DNA of 64,000 bases from Macrostomum lignano. Lineage: Eukaryota. The position numbers and the translations under genes are program-made. Shown here in pieces: positions 38,307 through 51,797 of the stretch. The number at the start of each line of letters is the position of its first letter. The stretch's first letter is position 1. The notes under the pieces are model-generated. The model saw nothing but the letters and a program-made list of their open reading frames with translations, made no database searches and was not told where the DNA came from. Location of the stretch: positions 62,001-126,000 of the forward strand of contig NIVC01001340.1 of assembly GCA_002269645.1 (NCBI GenBank). The letters are read 5' to 3'.

Positions 38307-41300
38307 ATGCAGCGCAAAGCAATCAAGCTGCCAGACACAGCTGGGCTCACGGAGGAGAGAGCACAGGACGAGACTGGCAGCTTTGTGAAGTCTGAGATGG
38401 ACAAGTTGAAGGTGCACAAAGCGCTGTCGCAACTGCGCCCGTTCTGCGGTCGGAGCAACGAGGAGATCATGGAGTTCGTCTGCTACATGTTCGAGAGGCT
38501 GGTGAGTTCATTTGCTGGTTTAGAGCTGAACTTCTATTGAGTCACTCTTTCAAGTAGCAAAGTTCTGGGAAAGTTTTGAGTTTCGTGTCTTTTTGAGTTC
38601 CATGTCTTTTTGAGTTCCGTGTCTTTTTGAGTTCAGTGTCTTTTTGAGTTCAGTGTCTTTTTGAGTTCCGTGTCTTTTTGAGTTCCGTGTCTTTTTGAGT
38701 TCCGTGTCTTTTTGAGTTTCGTGTCTTTTTGAGTTCCATGTCTTTTTGAGTTCCGTGTCTTTTTGAGTTCAGTGTCTTTTTGAGTTCAGTGTCTTTTTGA
38801 GTTCCGTGTCTTTTTGAGTTCCGTGTCTTTTTGAGTTCCGTGTCTATTTGAGTTCCGTGTCTATTTGAGTTCCGTGTCTTTGAGTTCCGTGTCTTTTTGA
38901 GTTCCGTGTCTTTTTGAGTTCCGTGTCTATTTGAGTTCCGTGTCTATTTGAGTTCCGTGTCTTTGAGTTCCGTGTCTTTTTGAGTTCCGTGTCTTTTTGA
39001 GTTCCGTGTCTATTTGAGTTCCGTGTCTTTTGAGTTCCGTGTCTATTTGAGTTCCGTGTCTTTGAGTTCCGTGTCTTTTTGAGTTCCGTGTCTTTGAGTT
39101 CCGTGTCTTTTTGAGTTCCGTGTCTTTGAGTTCCGTGTCTTTTTGAGTTCCGTGTCTATTTGAGTTCCGTGTCTTTTTGAGTTCCGTGTCTATTTGAGTT
39201 CCGTGTCTTTTTGAGTTCCGTGTCTATTTGAGTTCCGTGTCTATTTGAGTTCCGTGTCTTTGAGTTCCGTGTCTTTTTGAGTTCCGTGTCTTTTTGAGTT
39301 CCGTGTCTATTTGAGTTCCGTGTCTATTTGAGTTCCGTGTCTATTTGAGTTCCGTGTCTTTGAGTTCCGTGTCTTTTTGAGTTCCGTGTCTTTGAGTTCC
39401 GTGTCTTTTTGAGTTCCGTGTCTTTGAGTTCCGTGTCTTTTTGAGTTCCGTGTCTATTTGAGTTCCGTGTCTTTGAGTTCCGTGTCTTTTTGAGTTCCGT
39501 GTCTATTTGAGTTCCGTGTCTTTGAGTTCCGTGTCTTTTTGAGTTCCGTGTCTTTGAGTTCCGTGTCTTTTTGAGTTCCGTGTCTATTTGAGTTCAGTGT
39601 CTATTTAAGTTCCGTGTCTTTTTGAGTTCCGTGTCTATTTGAGTTCAGTGTCTATTTAAGTTCCGTGTCTTTTTGAGTTCCGTGTGTCTTTTTGATTTGA
39701 TTTGACACGGAACTCAAAAAGACACGGAACTCAAATAGACACGGAACTCAAATAGACACGGTCAACTCAAATAGACACGGAACTCAAATAGACACGGTCA
39801 ACTCAAATAGACACGGAACTCAAATAGACACGGTCAACTCAAATAGACACGGTCAACTCAAAAAGACACGGTCAACTCAAAAAGACACGGTCAACTCAAA
39901 AAAGACACGGTCAACTCAAATAGACACGGAACTCAAAAATGAGCTCAACAACCTATTCTGAACCCAAAAGAGGACTCACAATTTAGCATAAAACTTGAAT
40001 TTCCTTGCCACACCAGGGCGAGTCAAACGAGCAGATCTGCGGTCAGAAGGACAGAAACCGCAGCTTCTTTTTCGTCGCCAGCGGGCAGCTGCTGCATCGC
40101 CAGCTGAGCGGCGATCAGCACAGGCGGGTGGTCGAGCAGCGCCTTCTCGAGCTGGACTGCTGGGGCCTCGAGTGCATCAGCACCGGCCGGGAGGAGCGAA
40201 TCTGCGTGACGGCCACGTCCGCCTGTCGACTGTTCGTGCTGACGTCCAGGAGGTTCTTCTGGCTGTGCCGGATGGCGGCCGAGAGGACGCACCGGCTGCA
40301 GCTGGCCGTGGTGGACAGCATGCTGCAGGCCCGGCTGCCCAGCGTTGAGCAGGTGCTGGGGTTCGCCGAGCCGGAGGCTGACACCAGCAGCGGCGGTGAG
40401 GCGTCTCTTTGGCGTTGAAGGAATTGAAATCAAACTGGAACCGCTCTGGACCTCCCTGACTCAGGAGGGCCAACCCCCGGGGGCACACAGAGTGACACCC
40501 TGAAGGAGCGTGTGCCTGCGTCAGCGGAATCGTTGTGGGACGACGTCGTCAGGGTGCCCGCAGCTCTTGTGCGAATGTTTCATGTTGCGTAAATTGCATG
40601 ACGACTGCGAAATATTACCCGATGAGTCATGGAAACCCATTGTATGGACACTCATCCTATGGACACTCATCCTATGGACACTCGCTCTATGGACACTCAT
40701 CCTATATGAACACGCATCCTATGGACACTCATCCTATGGACACTCGCTCTATGGACACTCATCCTATATGAACACGCATCCTATGGACACTCATCCTATG
40801 GACACTCGCTCTATGGACACTCATCCTATATGAACACTCATCTTATGAACACGCATCCTATGGACACTCATCCTATGGACACTCATCCTATGGACACCCA
40901 CCCTAGTGAACACTTACCCTATGGACACTCATCCTATGGACACTCATCCTATGGAAACTCATCCTATGGACACTCGCTCTATGGACACTCACCCTATGGA
41001 CACTCATCCTATGGACACCCACCCTAGTGAACACTTACCCTATGGACACTCATCCTATGGACACTCATCCTATGGACACTCATCCTATGGACACTCACCC
41101 TATGGACACTCATCCTATGGACACTCGCTCTATGGACACTCATATGGACACTCATCCTATGGACACCCACCCTAGTGAACACTTACCCTATGGACACTCA
41201 TCCTATGGACACTCATCCTATGGACACTCATCCTATGGACACTCACCCTATGGACACTCATCCTATGGACACTCGCTCTATGGATACTCACCCTATGGAC

Positions 41301-42518
41301 ACTCACCCTATGGACACTCATCCTATGGACACTCGCTCTATGGACACTCATCCTATGGACACTCATCCTATGGACACTCATCCTATGGACACTCATCCTA
41401 TGGACACCCACCCTAGTGAACACTTACCCTATGGACACTCATCCTATGGACACTCACCCTATGGACACTCATCCTATGGACACTCACCCTATGGACACTC
41501 ATCCTATGGACACTCGCTCTATGGATACTCACCCTATGGACACTCACCCTATGGACACTCATCCTATGGACATGGGCATGCATAATAAATAGGAGACTGC
41601 AAATACATGTACTGTTGCAGGCGCAGTTATGGTGCTCAGCCTGGACCAGCACACGCCAGGCATTCACATACCTGACCAGTCAATACCCAAGCCAGCTGTT
41701 CAATCCAAAACGCCCAACCAGCCGCCAAAATCGCTGCTCAACGCCAAAGGCGGCCTATCAAGGCGGGTGAACTATCACCTGCTAGACGGCTTGCTGCACT
41801 CTATCAAGCAGCTGGACATATCGTCGCATCGAGATCCTAACGGAGATAGCCGAAGCGTGCTCATCTCATGCAGCACCGGACAGACCATGATTGTGTACTG
41901 CCTGACCGGATGCGTTCGGCTCATATTGGACCACTGCAACAATTTCACCAGCGTGGTGGCCGACAATAACGTGGCTTTGACTGCCGGGAGAGCTCACGAG
42001 ATCGGGGGTGAGTCGTGGGGGAGAGTAGATGTAGTGTATGAGCTCAGATAGAGATGGAGGAAGGAAGAGTAGATGCATTGTGAGATAAAGATATGGAGAA
42101 GATTAGATGGAGTGTGAGATGAACAGATGGAGGAGATTAGATGCAGTATGAGATGAATCGATTGAGATTAGATGGAGTGATGAATAGATGGAGGAGATTA
42201 GATGGAGTGTGAGATGAATATATGGAAGAGATCAGATGGAGTGTGAGATCAATAGATGGAGGAGATCAGATGGAGTGTGAGATCAACAGATGGAGATTAG
42301 ATGCAGTGTAAGCGGAACAGATAAAGCAGAACTGCAGATGCTTGATGCAGCTGCACTATCCTAAACAAAAGCTCCACACACTGCATGCGCTCACAGCAAA
42401 CCAGAACTGGAAGATGACCAACAGCCTGAGCGAGCAGGAGAAGCAATACCAGCAGACCATCGTGTACCTCATCAGACTGAGGTCCAACGAAAGGAGCTCT
42501 GAGAGCACAACCGAGTGA
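38307..42518 (+). CDS. Protein with degenerate cyclic-nucleotide-binding (cNMP) domain(s)
   Basis: Exons 38307-38501, 40017-40395, 41621-42007, 42397-42518 (phases 0, 1, 1). LSQLRPFCGRSNEEI..., ICGQKDRNRSFFFVASGQL, DCWGLECI and ICVTATSACRLFVLTSRRFFWL follow the CNB pattern (I..QGD...FY.I.SG, D.FGE, ATV.A...C.L..L.R..F). The start codon and a possible extra exon at ~40465-40590 are uncertain. Confidence 0.72.
38575..39940. repeat. 17-19-bp minisatellite (TTTTTGAGTTCCGTGTCT) that flips orientation at ~39700
   Basis: Forward units 38575-39690; reverse-complement units gacacggaactcaaa 39706-39940. Confidence 0.93.
40642..41572. repeat. 15-bp minisatellite (ATGGACACTCATCCT) with higher-order variants, cNMP gene intron 2
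   Basis: Units read directly. Confidence 0.93.
42030..42310. repeat. Diverged purine-rich ~30-bp repeat (GAGATTAGATGGAGTGTGAGATGAATAGATG), cNMP gene intron 3
   Basis: Units read directly. Confidence 0.75.
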
Positions 42519-42859
42519 GGCGGCAGAGTTTACCGACTCACGAAGCCAGTCAGTCAGTACATTAAACTACGATCTTTCTAGAACATCGTGTTTGCTTGTT
42601 CGAACGTTGCTATTCACAAATACCCCGTTACGCTAACAGTTAGTTACAAGTTAGAAAAGTGGCAGTAGATTTATTAGTCAACCACGAGCCATTCGGGTCT
42701 CGTACGCAAAAGAGGAAATCTTTTACTACATATAGTAATAATAAGTTTACTAAGGTGCTTCATTGAATCTCCACACCCGTCTATACTCTCAATCTCTACC
42801 CATTTATATATACCCCACTATCCTCGATCTCTCCACCCCGCTCTATTGTCTATCTCTCT

Positions 42860-44050
42860 AACCACTCTACCGTCCATTTCTACTCACTCTACCGTCCATC
42901 TCTGCCCACTCTACAGTCCATCTCTAACCACTCTACCGTCCATCTCTAACCACTCTACCGTCCATCTCTAACCACTCTACCGTCCATCTCTAACCACTCT
43001 ACCGTCCATCTCTAACCACTCTACCGTCCATCTCTGCCCACTCTACAGTCCATCTCTAACCACTCTACCGTCCATCTCTAACCACTCTACCGTCCATCTC
43101 TGCCCACTCTACAGTCCATCTCTAACCACTCTACCGTCCATCTCTACTCACTCTACCGTCCATCTCTAACCACTCTACCGTCCATCTCTAACCACTCTAC
43201 CGTCCATCTCTAACCACTCTACTCCATCTCTACCACTCTACCGTCCATCTCTGCCCACTCTACAGTCCATCTCTAACCACTCTACCGTCCATCTCTATCC
43301 ACTCTACAGTCCATCTCTAACCACTCTACCGTCCATCTCTAACCACTCTACCGTCCATCTCTACTCACTCTACCGTCCATCTCTAACCACTCTACAGTCC
43401 ATCTCTAACCACTCTACCGTCCATTTCTACTCACTCTACCGTCCATCTCTGCCCACTCTACAGTCCATCTCTAACCACTCTACCGTCCATCTCTACTCAC
43501 TCTACCGTCCATCTCTAACCACTCTACCGTCCATCTCTACTCACTCTACCGTCCATCTCTAACCACTCTACCGTCCATCTCTATCCACTCTACAGTCCAT
43601 CTCTAACCACTCTACCGTCCATCTCTACTCACTCTACCGTCCATCTCTAACCACTCTACCGTCCATTTCTACTCACTCTACCGTCCATCTCTGCCCACTC
43701 TACAGTCCATCTCTACTCACTCTACCGTCCATCTCTATCCACTCTACAGTCCATCTCTAACCACTCTACCGTCCATCTCTACTCACTCTACCGTCCATCT
43801 CTACTCACTCTACCGTCCATCTCTAACCACTCTACCGTCCATCTCTAACCACTCTACCGTCCATTTCTACTCACTCTACCGTCCATCTCTGCCCACTCTA
43901 CAGTCCATCTCTAACCACTCTACCGTCCATTTCTACTCACTCTACCGTCCATCTCTGCCCACTCTACAGTCCATCTCTACTCAATCTACCGTCCATCTCT
44001 ACTCGTAGGCACCCTACCGTCCATCTCTCTACCCACTCCACCATCCGTCT
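42860..44050. repeat. 22-bp minisatellite (CCACTCTACCGTCCATCTCTAA) between the convergent cNMP and NIT2 genes
   Basis: Units read directly; the + strand is strongly pyrimidine-biased. Confidence 0.93.
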
Positions 44051-44404
44051 CTACCCACTCTTCCCTACATCTCTCTATCCCCCTCAACTCCTCATCTCTA
44101 CCTCAATCTACTCACAAAGGCTCTTGCTATAAATACGAGCGTACGTATCTAGAGCTATCAGCTCTCCAACTCTAACTCCAACTCTAACTCTAACTCTCGT
44201 AACTCACGCTTTGACAATTAACAGTTCATATCAACTAATCACAGTAATCTGAAATAAAAAATTACAAATAAAAGTTAATCCAAAAAAGCGTTGAAAATGT
44301 TCCGCTAACGAAATAAACTGGTCAAATTTTTCAACAATAGAACCCACAGTGCAGTATATTTAATCAAAGTGTTCTATAAAATCTGCAACTGAAAGCAGCA
44401 CAAT

Positions 44405-46135
44405 TCAGACGCTGCCACCATACAGTCCCGGTCGTTGCTGCTTCAGCAGCGGAATCTGCTGCCTGACCGAGTCGCACCTGGCCGGATCGATGTCCACAAT
44501 GACGCGGCCCTCGTCCGGTCCGCAGTCGGCCAGCACGGAGCCCCAGGGATCCGCCGCCATGCTGTGGCCGTGGGCAACGTAGCCACCGGATGCGGGGTCG
44601 CTGGCTGGAGAGCAGACGGCAGTGAACAGCTGATTCTGCAGGGCGGTGGCCCGGACCAGCAGCTCCCAGTGCGCCGGCCCCGTCGTGGTGTTGAAAGCGC
44701 CCGGGTACACGAGAAGGTCGCAGCCGAGCTCCGCCAGCCGGGCAGCCATGCGGGGAAACCGGATATCGTAGCAGATGCCCAGCCCGATCTTGGCGAATGG
44801 CGTCTGCCACACCTGCGAGAGGAAGGTGGGGCAGTGTGGCTGATTGACTGAGGACGACTTAGGGCGATTCTTAACATGACTGAGGGCGATTCTAAACATG
44901 ACTGAGGGCGATTCTAAACAAGACTGAAAGCGATTCTAAACATGACTGAGGGCGATTCTAAACATGACTGAGGGCGATTCTAAACATGACTGAAGGCGAT
45001 TCTAAACATGACTGAGGGCGATTCTAAACATGACTGAGGGCGATTCTAAACATGACTGAGGGCGATTCTAAACATGACTGAGGGCGATTCTAAACATGAC
45101 TGAAGGCGATTCTAAACATGACTGAGGGCGATTCTAAACATGACTGAGGGCGATTCTAAACATGACTGAGGGCGATTCTAAACATGACTGAGGGCGATTC
45201 TAAACATGACTGAGGGCGATTCTAAACATGACTGAGGGCGATTCTAAACATGACTGAAGGCGATTCTAAACATGACTGAGGGCGATTCTAAACATGACTG
45301 AGGGCGATTCTAAACATGACTGAGGGCGATTCTAAACATGACTGAAGGCGATTCTAAACATGACTGAGGGCGATTCTAAACATGACTGAGGGCGATTCTA
45401 AACATGACTGAGGGCGATTCTAAACATGACTGAGGGCGATTCTAAACATGACTGAAGGCGATTCTAAACATGACTGAGGGCGATTCTAAACATGACTGAG
45501 GGCGATTCTAAACATGACTGAGGGCGATTCTAAACATGACTGAGGCGATTCTAAACATGACTGAGGGCGATTCTAAACATGACTGAGGGCGATTCTAAAC
45601 ATGACTGAGGGCGATTCTAAACATGACTGAGGGCGATTCTAAACATGACTGAAGGCGATTCTAGACATGACTGAGGGCGATTCTAAATCACCTGCAGCCG
45701 GTCGCCAGCAGAGATTGTGTCGGACTCTTTAAACTGAATCTTGCCGGGCACGTCAATGTCAAACAGGTGGCACTTCCGGTAGATACAGGCCACCTGACCG
45801 GTGGGCTCATAGCACACGCAGGTGTTGTACAGCCTGCTGCCGTCTGCCGACCTCTCCGGCAGCGAGCCGCCGATCAGATGCACTTTAGTCTCCTTAGCAA
45901 CGGTTGCTAAGCTGTCGCAGGTCGGACCGTCGGGCACAGACTCCGCATAGGCCGGGAAGTGCTGATTGCCGTAAGGCGAATTGAACACCTCCGGCAGGCA
46001 GATTAAATCGGCCCCGGCGCTAGCAGCGGCGCGGATCATGTCGAGCGCGCGCGCCACATTGTCGGCCTTGTCGGCGCCGACCCGGAGCTGCAGCAGCGCC
46101 AGTTTAAAGGCCCGCCGACCGGAAGGTGAAGCCAT
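44405..46135 (-). CDS. NIT2: Omega-amidase (nitrilase superfamily)
   Basis: Exons 46135-45692 and 44812-44405 (phase 0, 283 aa). Catalytic motifs LPEVFNSPYG, YRKCHLFDIDVPGKIQFKES, GICYDIRFP, plus YPGAFNTTTGPAHWELL and YVAHGHS, all characteristic of NIT2. Confidence 0.95.
44860..45686. repeat. 22-bp near-perfect minisatellite (GAGGGCGATTCTAAACATGACT) making up almost the whole NIT2 intron
   Basis: Runs to within a few bases of the donor at 45691. Confidence 0.97.
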
Positions 46136-46309
46136 GACGAAGGCAGAGCTGAGGAATTTTTTCGTATCATGCTGAATTTATATCTAGCAATCGAATGTAC
46201 TTTTGTTTGCATGATAAGTTAGCTTAGAGGCTTTATGTATTGTAATTTCGTATGGCTGCCAGACTTTAAAGTTTAAGAATTGCATGTACCTTACCTGACT
46301 TTTATTGCC

Positions 46310-46670
46310 TAAAATTGTGTATCTGAACTTCAAGACTTGAAGCTTTATGCATCTGACCTTAATGCCCAAAAAATCTGTGTACCTGACCTTAATGACCTAA
46401 AAATCTGTGTACCTGACCTTCATGACGTAAAATTGTGTATCTGAACTTCAAGACTTGAAACTTTATGCACCTGACCTTAATGACCTAAAAAGTGTACCTG
46501 ACGTCATGACCTTAATGACCCAAAAATCTGTGTACCTGACCTTCATGACGTAAAATTGTGTACCTGAACTTCAAGACTTGAAACTTTATGCACCTGACCT
46601 TAATGACCTAAAAAGTGTGTACCTGACCTTAATAATGACCTAAAAATCTGTGTACCTGACCTTTGACCTA
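46310..46670. repeat. Diverged ~29-bp repeat (TGTACCTGACCTTAATGACCTAAAAATCTG) upstream of NIT2
   Basis: Units read directly. Confidence 0.8.
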
Positions 46671-47139
46671 ACAATCTGTTACTAAGCTTAAAAAACCTAC
46701 TCTGGATGTATTTAAATCACACAAACACAAAATAATTACAGTTATCTGAGCGCTACAATCTCAGAACTCAGTACCAACTATAATTGTTAATCGCGCTCAA
46801 GCATCTTATTGAACTTTTTTCTATAGTCACTTTGTTTTCTTTATGAGATTGGTTTTCATAGATTATGTTACAGCCTAAAAATTTACCTTGCAATAGTTTT
46901 TTATTTATTTTGTAATAAAATTACTAAGTCGCTACTTGATAACACCAAATTATACAATAAATATGCGCTCATAGCGTGAGCCGTGATCACTGTACACGTA
47001 GTATGAAAAGCTGTGTAAGAACTGACATGTATTTCACTTGCAGCAAAGCATTTATAAATTGCAGAAAATAGCCAAGAGTTTTCGGATTGGGATTGCAAAT
47101 AGGACTAATAAAGTTTCGCTATTGGGACTCTTAGCTAAG

Positions 47140-47345
47140 AGCCTAATTAGGCTTAGCAATCGGGACTATTAGGCTTCGCACTTTAGTTTACTACTTTGCA
47201 ATTGGGACTATTAGGCTTAGCAATTGGGACTATTAGGCTTAGCAATTGGGACTGTTAGGCTTAGCAATTGGGACTGTTAGGCTTAGCAATTGGGACTATA
47301 GGCTTCGCACTTTAGGTTACTACGGGTAGCTTTGCAATTGGGACT
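47140..47345. repeat. ~22-bp repeat (GCAATTGGGACTATTAGGCTTA)
   Basis: About 6 units read directly. Confidence 0.8.
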
Positions 47346-47525
47346 GTTATTAAGATTAAATACCAGGGCTACTAGTCTCAGAACAATTGGGTACACGACT
47401 ATTTTAAAAAAAGTGAATTTAGCTTCGTGATGATAAGTTTGCATAGTCAGCGATAAATTATCGTTTGGAAAACAGTCCCAATAAAGTTATTTCTGCAATG
47501 GCATGGCAGCATGCTAATTATTGCT

Positions 47526-50112
47526 TTAGGAGCCATTATCACCACCCCCAGTCAGCACGGAGCTCTCCCCAGAGTCGCCGGTCCCATTGTTAGCGGGTCT
47601 TTTAAAGCCCTGTCGATCGTTTCTTCGAACGCCGCCAGTGAGGCTGAAGCACAGTTTTAATAACCACGGCCGGGAATCGGCGGATTGCGGAGGGAACACC
47701 GTGTGATTGGCCATGCAGATGGCCGTCAGTGCGTCATTGCAGGTTTTGTACCTGTAGGTTGATTTTGTTAGAAGCAACTCTGGTAATCATTTTCAAACTC
47801 CAGATTGGCATCACGATAAGGTCAAGGACTTCATAAGTGATTTTATATTTTGAATACAGCCTAAATTTGGATCAAGACCTGTTTTCTCCAACCTGAATGC
47901 TATTTTATTCAAGGTCCATATTTTTGTAGCTAATCCTCTATTTGAAGTACGAGCGTATGAGTGTTTTAGTACAGCGTAAACATAGAGTCTGCAGACTTGT
48001 GCAACTTCTGTGGGCAAGAGAGGCTCAGAAGAGTAAAGGGCAGGGTAGAGATGTAGATAGCTATTTAACTTTTGACTGACGCCAGCTGGTATCCTGAATT
48101 ATAGATCCAGGATAACAAATGGCACTACGAGGATCCCTATAGTTTTCATAAGTCTTCTAACCATCACTTGAAGCCAGAATGTGCGTTTTACTAGGGTGTG
48201 TGACTGTGTAATAATTTTGATTGACTGAAATTAAAAAAATATCTATCCTAATTCAGATTTAAAAATCAAGCAAAATCTGCTTTTTCGTCCTCTTCATTGC
48301 GCTGTTGTCTGTTTTATAACAACAAAATACGCTGTCAGGGTCTTTAGAAGGCAGTGTCACATGTAATCCAGTCTGTTAAACATATTTCTCGACGGAGGTT
48401 TGTCTGTGGTAAAAAATATTTGCCAGGTTTCCAATTTTCTGAATATGGATAGCGAATTTTCCAAAGTTTCGATCTTGCTATAGCAATGCATCGTAAAACG
48501 ATTCCTAATTATGGAATCACCCTATGACCAGCGTTATCCTTGAAAGCTTGTTACGAGCAAGTAATCAGAGATGTTATTGTATCTTGCCAGTCATTCTAAC
48601 TTAAGAAGTCCTTGACTGCCAACGCTTCTAAATATTGTTACAAAATTTTGAACCAGCGAACCTAAGCAAGCCGCTCCGATGATCGCCGGGAAAATAATCG
48701 ACGCCTTTGCCGTCTTCTGTTGTCGTCGGCGGCTCGGGCGCCCCAGTTTCAGTTAGCAGTTGGCGCAGCTGAGCCTCCGTACCCTGGGCCGGGTGTCCCC
48801 AAAAGTACACCGTTCTGCTAGGCTTAATTGGAGGAGCTTTTCTAGCCGCTCTCTCCGACACGAATCGATTTAGCGATCGATAGCCGCCGGAGCTAGACGA
48901 GGAGCCATCGTAGTACTTGATTGCCGGAGTGCCATCAGCAAGCTGGCCGCCCTCGCGCACCGATCTGATGCCGTCCTCGTGAGACAGGCGGACTGAGAAT
49001 CGGGTGCCATGTAGGTACTCGTTATCCAGAAAGTTGACGCAGCGAGCTGCAGACTGCGGATCGAGCATCTCAGCCATGGCCATGCCCCGTTTCATCGCAA
49101 AGAATTTTATTAACCTCACGTTGCCATACAGACAAAGAATATTAAACAGCCGATCGCAGTTAAGGGCATCCGGTAGATTGGAGAGGTACAGCAGACAGCC
49201 GTGAGATGACGGATTGGCACCAGGACCGCCAGCCATCATCGCGTGAGCAGCAGCTGGGTGCGGCGGCAACGGCATCCGCGGCACCGGATGATACTGCGGC
49301 ATCGGGTTCGGGAAAGGTCTCCCTGCGATCGCTGCAGCCTGGTCGCGATCCTGGTAGCCAGGGTGCTGTCGCTTGGATTCAAGGCTGTCTGGATGCCCGG
49401 CTGCCCCGATTCCCACAGCTTCGAGCAAGGAGCCGCCAACGCCACTACCGGCACCGCCGCGCATATCGAGACCAGCCTGGCGCCATTCGTCTAACAGGCT
49501 GCAGCCCTCCCTAATCAGTATATCCTGCACTCGCCTAGAAGCAAACTCGCATAGCAGCGTGTTGCAGTCGGGAAATATATCGGCACCGTTTAGCTTTCGC
49601 TTAGCCCGGGACGCCTCCTCGACGCTGGCGTATTCAAGCACCGCGTGCGGTTGGCGGCCGCGCAGAACGGACACCCGCAGTAGGCGGCCGAACTGTGAGC
49701 CGACTCGTTTGAAAATATCGCCCGTCAACTCGCCGCTGGGCCTGAAGATAGTCAGCAGCAAGATGCTACTCGGCGAGATGCTGACAAAATCGCCGCTAAC
49801 GCGTTGGAAGTCGCCAGGCCTGGCGTAACTTAGCGTTACTGGCGAGTCGCGCAGCCGAGCGGGCCAACCAGAATTAAAGTTGTCAATTAGGGACTTTGAG
49901 TCCATCAGCTGGTCAAACTCTACCACAGCCTGGCTATCTGCTGGAATCATGACAATGGACAGCACCGAGCCGTACTCGCACATCTCGTCTAGCACGTCCT
50001 GCTCAGTAGTATTAGGCAGCAGGTCGCTAATTAGCACTAAGCTAGAGGGCGGTGCCGCTGCCGGCATAGCGTGCATTTCGCCGATTCTTGGTCGCTTGTA
50101 GCCGGAATGCAT
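47526..50112 (-). CDS. hnRNP L-like four-RRM protein, paralog A
   Basis: Exons 50112-48662 and 47751-47526. Motifs LLLTIF..., AKRKLNGADIFPDCNTLLCEFA and LNCDRLFNILCLYGNV are hnRNP L-type. The splice gives SGLLR|YKTCNDALTAICMANH, collinear with paralog B SGFLFFTNPRDALDAICMANH. The likely ATG is 50112; the track's upstream extension crosses a probable 5'UTR intron. Confidence 0.9.
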
Positions 50113-51797
50113 TGCGTTTTGGCCCGATTTCAAAACTATTGCGTTAGCCTTTGAGCTCTTCTCTACAAAAGTTTCGATAGCTTTGGTTTTTTGTAAACGG
50201 CTGCAAATAACGATAGAAGCGATTTTATTAGTAAAATGCACTGACAGAGCATTGTTAAACCAAGTCGTAACTTGTTTTTTGTACCTTAATATTAAATCTG
50301 AATCCTTAATCAACTACGAATAGCCAACAACTTTCCAGAAAGACAACGCTGATTGGGTATGCCAATCTTATTTTGCTTTCAAGCTATAGACAGCATCAGA
50401 TAGCACAAGCAGAGCATAATAGCCCGAAGTCATAAGCTGTTTTAAGCTGTTTTTATTGAGGGGACACTCCGCAACTACAAGCATTTGAAATCAGCATATT
50501 CTAGTTATTAGCATTCACGATTGTAGAGATATTCAACGAGTCCTTCGGAAAGATGTTTTCCTACATTTGCTCAAAGGTTAAAATTTCCATTAAAATGATC
50601 TTCATATACTAAAATATGAGTTTCACAAGCCCGAAAATTTGACATTGACGATAAGCTATTCGAGTCACTTTCGTTAGCTCGCAACATAAACGGATTTGAC
50701 ATTGTAAAATTTTGAGCATGTAAAACCGACAATCAACAATTTTAAATGTTTCAAGCATTTAAAATTTCGAGCTTGTGAAAGCGATCCTAAAACTATTGTA
50801 AGTAGTGAATTAAAATGACCTTTTTCTCTTGCTTCCTTAAGTATAACAGGCAACAGTGTACGTATTAAACTAGATTCCTATACAATTTAACAAGCGGCCC
50901 TGTATAATCTGTATACCTGACACAGAAATCAGGAACCCAATGAACCACATTAATCTACAAATTTCAAGTCGATTAGTTTGACAGGCAGAGACACGTTACT
51001 TGTCGAAAGCTTTGATTTTATTTTGATATAATTAAGATTAGATGCTCCACTTGACGCGTTTTGTCGACCTGCATTAAAAACCATGCTTACTAAAGTCAGA
51101 GTAGATAAGGATGTGTGCTGGTACTAATATTTTCTTGCAACGGATAGCATCAAAGCGATTGATACTACTGGCATATCTAAGCGATAAAGTTCGCGCAGCA
51201 TTGGGCTAGTCCTTTCGCCTTCAAGAATGCCTACAACACAAACGGCTATTAGATATCGAACAAACAGTCATGCTGTCTATTGAAGCCTTTTATAAGCATA
51301 ATTAATTCAGACAAAAGATGGAAACAGATGCAGACAGATTGTATGTATGCACGGGGATGAAGTGAGGATTAAAAAACACTGACAAAGACTGACGTTTGAT
51401 ACGGAGCAGAATTACGAAAAAAACCAGACGAAGGAATTAGTTGTTTGGTTAATAGTGCGATCAGTATGAATAACATAAAGTGAATGAGATGACGCAGATA
51501 ATAAGATTGAACACCAGATTTTAAATTGATACAAACAAAAATAACTGTTAGTAGAAGTGCGAACAGTGAAAATTGAGACAACAGGTTGACTGGTGACGCG
51601 CATGAAGATACTTTAAATTTAGACTTTTTTATGAATAAGTCAGCGAGATGCAGCAGTTTAGGCTTAAAGGGCCTTGCAGTAATTTTGACGTCCCAAAAAC
51701 GTATGAACCCAAGAAGAATGGTAGCATATTAATAAAGCCTCAGTTGCAGTAAGTTAAAAACACTTACTAAAACATTTTTTATCTCAATCTTCCTCGC

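Noticed and set aside
40465-40595. Extra exon of the cNMP-domain gene (…ESLWDDVVRVPAALVRMFHVA*)
   Set aside because: An acceptor exists, but there is no phase-1 donor compatible with the next exon and the frame ends in a stop. It cannot be supported without RNA data.
44860-45686. Regular repeats suggestive of a CRISPR array
   Set aside because: The units are contiguous with no unique spacers, no cas genes are present, and the context is a eukaryotic intron. This holds for all arrays in the window.
50113-50313. 68-aa N-terminal extension of hnRNP L-like paralog A in the ORF track
   Set aside because: It starts at a non-ATG codon, is AT-rich, has no counterpart in paralog B, and spans a probable 5'UTR intron (AAG|GTAC...TTGCAG).
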